A stretch of 64,000 bases of DNA from Tubulanus polymorphus (Eukaryota > Animalia > Nemertea). This document shows positions 38,101 to 50,100 of this stretch, piece after piece. The notes beneath the pieces were generated by a model. It was not told the origin of the DNA. It searched no databases and saw only the letters and a program-made list of their open reading frames with translations. Every line of letters starts with the position of its first letter. Positions within the stretch are counted from its first letter, which is position 1. Both the position numbers and the translations under genes were made by a program. The DNA is taken from the NCBI RefSeq assembly GCF_964204645.1, contig NC_134027.1, positions 18,438,560 to 18,502,559 on the forward strand. The letters run 5' to 3'.

Positions 38101-41100
38101 TTTAAAGGAAGCAATAGCAAAATTTGACATCATTCGATACTGTACAGTTTTAACAGAGTTACATGTATGCCTTATGCTAGGAATAACAAAAAAAAACAGG
38201 AAAATTGTCTGAAATATAATGCCTTAATACACCAGATAAGATGTCAAAATTTAATGTAATATCGGAAAATATATGATCAATACAGGTTGCAGAGGATTTC
38301 GAAATACGAATTGCTTTATCAATTAAAGGTTGAAAATTATTTGACAACCATGAAGACAAATAATCATTGGTAGGGTTATGTGAGTCTACTTTCAATAGAT
38401 CGATATTGAAATCACCCATGATAAAACACTTTTGAGATTTTCTTATTTTTTCTAAAATAGGTGCAAAATTCAAATTAAAATGTATAATACTCTGATCAGG
38501 TGGGCGATAAATAAGTCCAACAATACATTTTGAGCTGTCTTCAGGAATTGTAATTTCGATAAAAAGGCTTTCAAACACTGGGGTTACAAGGGAAAATTTG
38601 TCAATTAACCTGTGCTTAACCGATTTGTGGATATAGAGGGCAACACCTCCTCCCCGTAGATTAGTTCTACTATTAAAAATACCAATATAACTATCTAAAT
38701 TGTACATACAATCATTATCATGATCAGACGAGGTCCATGTTTCAGAAATACCAATAATAGAAAAATTATAATTTAGAGAGTTTAGATATATCTTTAGATT
38801 TTCAAAGTTACTATTCAAACTTCTTATGTTACAATGTATTATTGAAAACCTAGCTTTTTCAAATGAGGACAAGTTATCATAATAGTTACAGTTTGATTCA
38901 ATTGTTGTAAAATCATCCATGAATAATCAAATACATTGCTAACTTATAATATAATAAACCCCTATTTATTAATGAATTATGACTAACATGCACGCTAAGA
39001 ACATCAAAATATAGATAATTAACCTGATAGTACATATTGGAACAAAACAATCCTACCCATAATTTGAAGACAAAAATATATATAAATAGATTTGAAAAAT
39101 TCATACAAAAAAAAATGTTAGAAAGAAAAAAGAAAAATAAATAACGTAATGAATGCAGTTTACTTAGGAAATTTAATGAATGCAGCTTTAATTAGGAAAT
39201 TTGGCAAGGATAGAATCTAATCAGGAATAAATGTCCCTTTATCCAGAAAGTTCAGGGCATATGATATGATACTGACAAACTTAAATACTGTGTGTTACTT
39301 GTTCGTGTTGAAGCGAATAAATCCAACCAAGTAATCCAATACAAAAATTGTATGTTATACGAATAGTAATTCATACGAGTCATGAATAAAAACGAAACCA
39401 TAAAAGTCTGTTCATCCGATATTCAAAAATATGAATATATATATTATCAATTGGTTGATTCGAAGCTGTAAAATCCAGATTGAATACGTATTAAGTTATG
39501 AAATAGTTCGAACTAATATCACACACTATACAGTCAATAAATTAAATCCAGTGCACGGCGATATATCTAACTAAAGGACTGATACAACTGTAAACGTTCT
39601 TTTTCCCCATTTTTCAGTCCATAGACTTTTCCCTTAATAGTCCATATACTGGTAAATAGCTTTGAATTTCTAGCACGCTTAACTAGGCTGGCGATTTCAG
39701 GACACAGGTCCTCACGAATAACGATTCCTGTACCTTTCAGTTGCGAACGCTTACTTATTATATCATCTCTCATGTTGCGATTTACAAACCGAACTAAGAT
39801 TCCATTTGGTTTTTCTTTCCCAGAAGTGTCATAGTGTGAATTTTTGGATTTCACGCGGTGAGCAACTTCTATATCCTATGCTACTAATTCTTTTGCAAGA
39901 GATAATTTTTCATTTAGAAGTTCTGTGTCTACTGTTGTACAGTTTTCGTCGGTGTTCTCCGATACTCCAAATAGTCTGATGTGATTTCTGCGGGAATATT
40001 GGTTGTTTCTACTGCAAGAGTACGTGCTTTAGTGATTTCACTATGAAGTATCTTATCCTCATTTTTGAAGTCTCTCAACAGATTAGCATTTTCCGACCTT
40101 AAGTCATTGATAATTCGGTCCTTTTCAATAAATTTCTGCTCAAGGTCATACAATCTTTCTTCTGTTCTAAAAACAAGATTTTGAATCATTTCGGAATGTT
40201 TGTTTAGTTTTAACTCCATTTGATCTATGATTTCGGACTTTATGTTAGACAGACTATCCATTTTGGATGTAAGAAGTTCAACCGACTTGCACAAGAAAGA
40301 AAGACTACTTTCTACAGATGAATCTGAGTCAACTGTCGAGCTACGCTCCTTCCGTTTTTTTGTAGGAGGTCCTCGAGAGCCTTTGTTTTTGGGATTTAAA
40401 TCATTGTTGCTTTCTCCCAAATTTTCTTCCATGAAGACCTCAGTATTAGGATCAATCGAATCCCCATTTATTGTTGATTCAAGACAATTTTCTGATTCAT
40501 TTTTTGATTCACACAATTCACTATTTGTAGTTTGTATTTCGGTTGATTTTTGACTTTTTCTTTTGTTAACGTCGTTAGGTTTATTATCATTCTGCTTCAG
40601 TAGATCCTTCAAGTTCGTTTGGTTCGACATGTTACAGGCTTTGAGAATATCAAAGTGCCAGGAAACGCACACGAATATTCACAAGTATTCACCACAGTTA
40701 ATATTTAGCACAGTAACTAGTCACGGTTCACTGATCAAACACAGACTTTTGAGATTGACACTTGAATTTGAAAAATTTCCACTATATACTGTTCACCATA
40801 ACATATCACAATTTACTGCTAAATCCACATCCAGTTAAAAGTTTTATCCATATACCACTGAAACAATCCCTGAATCTCTATCTTTTTGATAGTATAGTTT
40901 ATGACTTACATTACTGCATTGTGTACATACGAATGACTGAATGTCTCCATGAGCGATGTATAGTCTACTACCGGTAGCCTACTAATCAAAGTTGTATTCA
41001 CATGTTTTAACCGACACTTGTTGTTGCTGAGGTTGTAAAGATCAAGTTGAGAGGAGTTTGAACGTAATTTTGGTCAAAAATAGTTCGAGTTGAACGAATA

Positions 41101-44100
41101 TTCGATTTGAGCAATTTCGAGTAGAGTGAATTTAAATGTATGGTTTAACTTAGGAGAGAAAAAAAATTCAATATTTGCTGAGTTGAACATTTCAGTTCAA
41201 CATTTGCTGATTTGCTGGATTTTCGACTTGATTGGATTCGAGTTTAGAGGAGTCTACAGTACTATTATTGACTTTGAAGACGGGCAAATTTCAGAAAATT
41301 CAATTCTATTCCGCATTCAAATCAGTAATTATCATTAATGTAATGTTATTTCCAGCCTGGAGCCATTGATAAACTAAAAATCAACTCTAAAAAAATCATT
41401 TCATTCGTTGCCAAGAATACCGAAGATAAAGGAATGTTTGAAGAAGCAGTAAAACTTTATGACCTGGCATCCGTAAGTTTACTTGAGAAATGTTACAAAC
41501 CAGAATTTGTCATCATTGGCGTGAGTTTATTTGGAAGTGTGTTTTATTCTTAGAATTCAGAGAAAGTTCTGGAGTTAATGAATAAATTATTGAGTCAAGT
41601 TTTATCACAGCCACCAACACCTCAATCATCTCGGGATCGGTTAAAATGTCTAGCATTGGCTATAGCTGAAAGGTGAGTTCTTGGATGATCCTTAAAAGAA
41701 GTTCCCAGAATCCATACCTCATTAGTGATTCCCAGGATTGTACCATAGGCCTGGACCCAGTTTCACAAAATCAATTACAGAATATAGCTGCAAAGCAGCG
41801 ATAACAGGTTTTCCACTAAAAAGCCGCAACATGCGATTCAGAATGAAGGCAATTGTACAAAATTGAAATACATATATTGCATTGACAGATTCCAACCTAT
41901 CGTGCCACCACTATGTAAATGTGCAATGTGATTCTGCTTTGAAACCGAACTTACCCGTGACATGAAATCAATGTACAGTAGACCTCAGATCTCTGGGGAC
42001 CGTGGAAAATTATCCGAGGTGAACGATGTCCGACCAGATCGGTGTTCACCATAATAAAAAAAGTATTTTTAAAGAAAAGTGTTAAAAGGCTTAATACACT
42101 TAATTAACCTGTGTTTGAATGATTTTTGGGATTTTTATCATCAATAAACGGGATTTTAGCCGACAGATTTTTTTTCTTATTCTTGATAATTATTATCTAT
42201 TTCATAGAATTCGATCACTTCTAGTTTTTTTTCAACGCTGTGTGCCTGCAGTTTCTGCTTCGAATACGTAGAGAATATCAATGAGTGAGTGAGCAGCATG
42301 AATGAATGAGAACTATGTGTGTGATTGAATGTATAAATGAAAATAATACTGTAGAATGTAGGTCAGGTCACTCAGAACTAAATACATGTTCCAGTCAATA
42401 CTCGGAATGAACCATAAGAGAACACACGCGCGCTCTCAGTGTCCGAGGTGGGCGATAAAAAGATCGTTTGTTCCAGTAAAAACCTCCGAGTTGAACGATA
42501 ATCCGGCTCCGAGCCAAGCGATATATTTTAATTGAGAATGTGCTATAGAAAAAAGGGTATTTATTTTTGATCCGAGGCAACCGATTATCCGAGACGGTCA
42601 GCTCCGAGGCAACCAGAGTTGACTGTATATGAGTTGTTTTGAGCATGCATTTTTTGGCATTCAAACTTTATGATATTATCACGCTTTAAAGAAATCAATC
42701 TGTTCTATCAAAATCTCAATCAGTCGATATGCTGAATGAATCTACTAGTGATGACAATGTATTAGGGATGTTTTTTTCTATTTGAGAAACAAAATGTTTT
42801 ATCGAAATCCTATAAAACTCGCCTAACTTGGACTAATTGCGACCGTAAATTTTTGTTTGAGTTGCTCAAAGAATCTGAGTACAAATCGATTTTTTGGGCT
42901 CATTATTAAAATGTACTCAGTAAATCCTACTGGACCCATGGTCCTTTATTGAAGTTTTCAAGGGAAATTACACATTTTTGAAGTTTTCGGGGAAATTTTG
43001 AAGATGCTTTGATCGATTACCTTGATTTTTCGAATATATTTGAATCCCCCAAGTGCCCATCAGCTTAAGAAAGATTGGGTCGTTTGGACTCAAGATGGCC
43101 ATCCTATGACCTTTTAAGTGCCCAAAAATGTCAATTTTGGCCCGAATTCTGAGTCCTGTAGTGTCCTACTGGTTTGCCATTTCTCATTGCAATTTATGAT
43201 GGGTATTCTTTGGAGAGGGATGTTTTATACCTGAGACAGGTATTTTTGATCAGTTAATTATGACACAATTGGCAGCCATCTTGGTGTCATCAGTACTCAT
43301 TCGTAGTTGGGAAAAAGTTCCACATTATATTGATACCTAAGCATAATTTGTCACCACAATCAATTGGAAAGTTGAAGCTCATAAAGTGTTCTATGATTTT
43401 GGTGAGTTTTAAGGTTGTTGATTTTTATCTCGGGCTTTCTCGGGCTAACCCGAGATGTTGTAATGGGTCCAAAAATCGAATTTTTGCTAACAAATGAGGT
43501 TATAACTTTGACACAAAGTCATGCAATCTACTATGTTTATGTGCAAAATGTAGCTTCATCATGCGGCTAAAATCTGTTGGAAATGGAATTTTGAATATCG
43601 CGTTCATTTAAGAGAAATCGACGAATTTGTGGCGATTTTTAAAGAAATTTCAAGGAGCATTTTGTTTCATAAAACGGCTAGAAGGCCGATGTACAACGTA
43701 ATATTGAAGTAAAATAACTGCTCCCTGCGGTTGGCTGAGCTCCCGCTGTCAATCAATGTAAAAGGGCATATTCGATTGACGCAGACAAACCGGTCTTTTA
43801 ATCTTCTCATCTATTAATCTGCTTGGTTCTAGTTTCTCATTTCCCAGTCATGGGAGAGTCTTATATGTTTATTTTTAATTTGATAGCCGTAGTATCGATT
43901 CCGTCTCCCCATATCTATTTCATTATGCAAATAACCGAAGATTCAACCGATACACTACTTCACGGAAAATTATGCGCGCACAATCGAATAGGCCCAAACC
44001 TCGTGTATACGGGATATCGGCAAATTCAAGTTCTTGAATTACTCGTTTGATGGCGCTAGTCAGAACCGGAAATTGGAACCTAAATCCGCCATGCTCTAGT

Positions 44101-47100
44101 TCATTTGCAATGAAAATCTCTCGCTTCAAGTTTTCAATGAGCGATATTTTACTTGCTATATATCGTCACACGTAATCCTTGAAATATGTTATCCTACCGC
44201 TACGTTAGATATGATAAAACCTCACTGCAAAGGCTAGAAATCACTATAAATGTCCTAAAATCATCAAAAAACATTTTGCAACGGCTGGCGATGTAAAGAC
44301 TGGTTGCCAGGTATCACATGGTGGCAGCACTTGATGGCCCAATTAAGATTGTTGGTTCGAGTCCTGGTACTTTTCAAATTTTTATTATAAATCTACAAGT
44401 TTAGTCCTTCTAAAATCAATTTTATTTCATAATATTATTTCATATTTATCAGTGTCGCCTGAAATAAATTTACCTTAGAGTCTTGAACTCAACAACAAAC
44501 TGATGACACCCGGCACCAGTCATTACTTCCGTTAGCTGCTTCGAGGGTCATCGCTAAATTTGTTATTTTTGGTAGTTTTTTTACATTTCTAGTGATCTTT
44601 AGGGTCCAAAGTGAGGTTTTGTCGAATTCAACACGTTGTCAGGATATCATACTCAAAGGATTATGTGTGCCGTTGTATAGTTAGTAAAATATCGCTAACT
44701 AAACACTTGAAGCGAGAGATCTTTATTGCAAGTGAACTAGAGCATGGTGGATTTAGGTTCCAATTTCCGGTTCTGACTAGCGCCATCAAACGAGTAATTC
44801 AAGAACTTGAATTTGTCGATATCCCGTATTGCCGCGATGATTGCTGATTAGATTTCGATGATATTGTTCACCGAAATCAGCAGATTTTACACATCCATGA
44901 AGTGTTCAAGGAAAACCTTAAAGATGCATCAATCAGATGGCGCCTATACATTACAAAGATAACATTCTGCGCCCGAGATATTAAGATCCATGGATCTCTT
45001 GTTGTATAATGGCTTCCAAGGGGCGTTGAATAATTACTTAGTTAATAATTACTTAATAACTTAGTTTTTCTATATTATATTGGAAATGAGGCATATTTTG
45101 TTACCACAATCAATTGCAAAGTTGTAGCATGACATCGTCTATGATTGTGTTGAGTTTTAAGGACATTAGTCATTCTACATGGTCACCAGGGGCGTTGAAT
45201 AGTCGAATACTTTAGTATTTCCCCATTTTATTGGTACCTAGGTATATTTTGTTAACATCATCGATTGCAAAGTTGTAGTTCATAACATGTTCTATGACTG
45301 TTGTCAGTTTCAAGGTCATTGGGTTTTGCATATGGTCACCAGGGGGCGTTGAATAGTAGAATAACTTAGTATTTCCATATTAAATTGGTAACGAGGCATA
45401 TTTTGTCTCAATCAATTACAGAATCCTAGCTGCTGACATGTTCTATGATTGTGGTGAGTTTCAAGGTCATTGGTTTTTGTATATGGTCACCTGGGGCATT
45501 GAAAATCGAAATTGTTAGATTGTTGAGCATTTGAAACCACTTCCCAAGTGGGCATGGTGTCCCTGGACCCCTAGTTTATTCCCTGAGGGTGCATCAGCAT
45601 AAGATACAAGATGGCCATTCTCATTCAGGGGCTTCTCATTCATTCATTGTCAATTTATAGCAAATTTGGTTTTACCCCTTGGCCGCAGGAAGCAAGGTGC
45701 ATTGTCTTCACCTGTGTCCAGCCATCCAGGCGGGTGGTCGGACAGATATGCAGACGTTAATCCCTCTACAGGCTTAAGTTTTTGGTTGATTTTATTGGTA
45801 TGTTTGTTATAGGTGTGAGGAGGATGAGCCCTACTGTTTTTCACTTATAGGTCATCCAAGATGGCCGTCACAGTCATTTTGGTATATGAAATAGCAACTT
45901 TGGAGCTTGTCGCAGCTCTACAGTCTACAGCTTCTGAGCAATTTTCTTCTTACGTGGTCTGTGTTTTTATGGTAAAAGGAGGATGAGCTCTATTGTTTTT
46001 GACATATACTTGTCATCCAAGATAGCCACCACAGTCATTTTGGTGTCTGAAATAGCCATTTTGGAGCTTGTTCCCGCTTCATAGCCTACAGTTCGTCAAG
46101 GTCAAAATTGTTGCCGCCATAGTCATATTGAAACCTATTTTTTAGTTGAAACTTAGTGTCGGGTTATGTTCCCTATTTGTAAAGAACCCCGCCTGTTGCC
46201 GCCGCACTACTCTGGCAGTTGTGGCACCTTTGTTTATATTTCTTAATCCTTACCACATGTTTGACCTAGCAACGTTACTTGACCACAAATATTGTTCTAT
46301 TTCTGGACCCCGCTTTTCACATGGTGCCGTGACCAGGATATGAGTCGAAAGGAATATATAAAAAGTACACAACGCATTGTCCAACACCTAGCTGAAAATG
46401 AAGACCAAGGTGGAAAAGAAACAGATAGAAGTTTAAGCTTGTAAGAAAGACCGGGAAATCTTAGTAGTGGCGTTCGAGACTCAATGCGGAGGTATTGCAA
46501 TGATTGTAACCGGTGCAAATGTAAGTCAAAGTGATTATTATGAGTTTGCATTACGACCGAAATTTTAAGAGATTTATTCGAAGAATATGATGGATTAAAT
46601 GATAAATTGAAAGAGCTACTGAAAGAAACGGAAGATTACAGAGCAGTGTGTCAGAGAATAGTTGTGCAGAGAATCAAAGACAAAAGACATCTGGTTCAAC
46701 TGAAAATTTTCCTGTAAGAGAACAGAGCGAGAGAGCCAGAATATAACGAACAACCGATGAAGGCGGTGAAAACAGTGCAACTCCCAAAATTGAAATCGCC
46801 TACTTTCGATGGTAGCTTTACGAGATGGATGGCATTTTGGGACACGATTCAGTCCGATGTTTTGTCAAGTGATTTTACTGACATATCTAAATTCAATTAT
46901 ATAATGGGTCAACTCGAGGGAACGGCACGCAAGGCGGTAAAAGGAATTCATTCATCTGGTGCTTCATTCATTTGACTACTCTTATCGAAATATTAAATGA
47001 AAGATTTGGACAGCCAAGGAAAATTATTCGTGCACATGTTTTGAATCTATTCGACAACACACATCTGAACCTCAATTACGCATCAACCAGCCACTTTTTA

Positions 47101-50100
47101 ACCAGATAAACAGAGATTTGCGGTCGCTACAACATCTGCAAGTGGATATCGACAAATACGCGCCAATACTCGTTCCTTTGCTGGAGAGGAAACTACCGAA
47201 AACCCTCCTAGAAAAGATGGGTACTTGCGGTCAAACTGCACATTTTGACCTCAACTTGTATATCATCGCGTTCACAGAACAGCTGGAAAGCCTCGGAGAT
47301 CAAATTAACGAACAGGATATACCAACAGTTACCAAATATAGCACATCCGCTGGTCAACCCCTCGTTTAATCGAAATTCAAAAATTGTCCGTCGTACACAT
47401 CTCTACGACCACGTGTTCGCAAGTTTCTCTGTCCTCTCAATGCATAGAAATCCACGATGCATTGAGAGGACAGCGAAACTCGCGGAGATGTGGCTGTTGA
47501 GATGTGTACAACGAATTATGAGGACTTAGTTTGCAATATAGGTGTCAAACTGATAGCCACATGTGACGAAAAATATTTAGAAATGTTTATGAAAAGTTCC
47601 GTGATGGAATTCCCTGGCATCACTGAAGACGCCGCGTCGGACAAGACATTTCTCGATGAATATTTGAAACATGTTGAATTTAAAGGTTGAGGGGTATCTT
47701 TACGTATGTCTAGTTGTGCAACTGCAGGTTCCTGGAATCATAACTGAGGGGTTCTTTCCAGACCCATATGCTAAGACCTCTTGTTTCACAATAGTGAGTA
47801 TAATTTTGATAACTGATTATCAAACAATTGATATTATTTTACAGATATCGAGACCTAGGATTTGAAGGAACCAAATCAACCACTAGCACATTTTATCTGC
47901 TGCTAGATTTAATGACATTTTTTGATGGATATCATGCAGGTCACCTTGATCAAGCCATGAACGTAAGTTAGCTAACAATCAGAATTGAGTTAATATAATA
48001 TAAGAAATTTGTAGCAAATAGAATCATCATCAAAAGGTAAATTTAGATCGGGGAAAGTGGGTCTGCAATTAAGTGGTTTGGTTATATTCTAAAGCGGGCC
48101 GCACACTAGCTTCAAAGCCGCTAGACCGCGCCAATTTACCAGGGATATTGACGCTAAAAAGTTTTCCCGCACACTAGCAACAACAACGCAGCTTCAAGTG
48201 CTGTCTCTACCACTGTTGTAGGTCACATGGCCAATAAATCAATAATATGATTTCAACGCATTGAAACTAAATAGGGCTAAATCTTGCGATACTGACGCAG
48301 AATTAGACGCATACTCTGGCGTACTTGATGCGCCCCATCAAGAATATCAAACATGCTAGATGTCAGTATCAAAGCCGCAAGTGACAAAACGCCTAAAAAT
48401 TACCCCCGCACACTAGGTGATTTTGACGCCGGCGTCGATGCAACAGCTTTGCTGCTAGTGTGCATGAGTTTTCACTTTAAAATGCCCTGTGCACTCACGC
48501 TCGGCAGATAGAATCGCTTTATTTCATTGAATAGTTTTTTTTGATTGCCTTTTATATCTGATGAATTATTATTATTATTATTATTTTGCCTATTACTATA
48601 CAAATGGAGCAAATTAAAATGGCATGGTTTCCAGAGCTAAGGCCCTTTGACTGTGCAACAGAGCATATATTCTTACAAATCATTCATTAAAGCATTATTC
48701 ATTCCCCAAATTGAATTCCCCGAGCTGAATTTTGAAAAAGGGCCCTGTTAAAATTTAGATGAGATTTGTTGCGAAAATCTGAACGCAAAAAAAATTTTAA
48801 CAGGCCAATCAGAAAGCAAAGACTACTCTATGATTGGCTTAGCGGCAGTAATCAGCAGGTGTTCATGTGAACCGGCAGTATTGTGTACTGTTTTACTTTC
48901 GGGTATTATTTTGAGGAATGAAATTGTATTTCAAGATCAATTTCTGTGAAATCTGTAGTTGATTTGGTTTTTGGGAGGAATGTTTTTATATGCACTACAG
49001 AAAATATCATTGACAATTATGCAATGTCCTGGCGATGTCTGTCCTGGATCTTGATAATAGGCTGTCTTTGGTCTGTGCCTGAAATCCTTAACATAATGTT
49101 GATATCCTGGTGAACCTTGTTGCTTTTTCTGGCAAAGTCTTGGTGATCAGGTTTATAAGGATAGCAATTGCCAGTCGATTATTTGAAGGGGTGGACAATT
49201 GACAGCTGTATTAGCCTGATTGAAAAGCTTTTAAAATTGGCATTTTTAGAAAGTTTGAACGAAATGGCTATAGGACTGTATCGTAATTCTATACGTTTAT
49301 TTAGTATTTTTTCTTTTCAGACAATAAGTCAGTTGAAATTACTGCCATTAACAGTTGATACTGTCGAACAAAAAGTCAATGCATTCAAACATTACACAGA
49401 TGAGGTATGAGAATTTCGTTAACTCTGAAGCTATTGAGATGAACATGAGAATAAGGTCATTTTGTGATCCTTGGCCTAGTTTTACAGGAATGCTTTTTTT
49501 CAAATCATTTTCTTCGTAGATAAGACGAAGTCTGCCGGATGTTTTACTAGCTACTATGAATATTCTATTCCTTCAGTATAAGAAAGCAAGGTCAGTATAG
49601 AAAAGGGATGATACATAAAGTACGTTAACATTGCTTGAAAAGACATTACCAGAGGAATTTTCAACTCAGGTATTACCTGAGGAAATTGTCGGTAAACTCA
49701 ACATAAGTTGCGCATTACTCACAATTCATTCATTTACCAGCGTGACTTATTTTATCATGTAGAACCTTATGGTTGTCTTGAATCCATGTGTATGTTGCTG
49801 GACAATATATTAAATACCATTGGTTCATTCTGCTTCATGGTCATATCCTAGCGAAATCTATGAAAGTTTACTTGGGTACCAGCGGCTGTAGCATTTAAAG
49901 TACTTACGGTTTACTCTGGTAATAGTTTACTCGGGGGGGTCTCCCAGTTAAGATTCACTTTCCTTAATAGGTAAATGCTCCAATGAAGACTGATTTACCC
50001 AAGTAGGATGTTATGTAAATGTAGTAGAATAGTGGGGAAATTGGTACTTATTGCGCAGTCCCTTAAATGTTACTGCAGCTTATATTTTTCATTTCTCTGC

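Larger units (their letters stand above)
35691..41017 (-). mobile_element. Near full-length CR1/L2-group non-LTR retrotransposon (LINE), antisense in a NUP93 intron
   Basis: ORF1 + spacer + ORF2 (APE endonuclease + RT) + (AAT)n/AATAAAT-type tail at 35691-35720; 5' end approximate. Confidence 0.9.
42969..45576 (+). mobile_element. HINE family A, 5'-truncated copy with nested elements
   Basis: Body, cores and 3' CCCAAGTGGGC/GGTGTCCCTGGACCCC/TAGTT end; interrupted at 43424-45003. Confidence 0.82.

Noticed and set aside
40227-40977. Plus-strand ORFs of 71-108 aa
   Set aside because: They are antisense shadows of LINE ORF1 and its 5' UTR.
35686-41022. TTGTT as a target-site duplication for the LINE
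   Set aside because: It is only 5 bp of low-complexity sequence, and the LINE 5' end is not independently defined.
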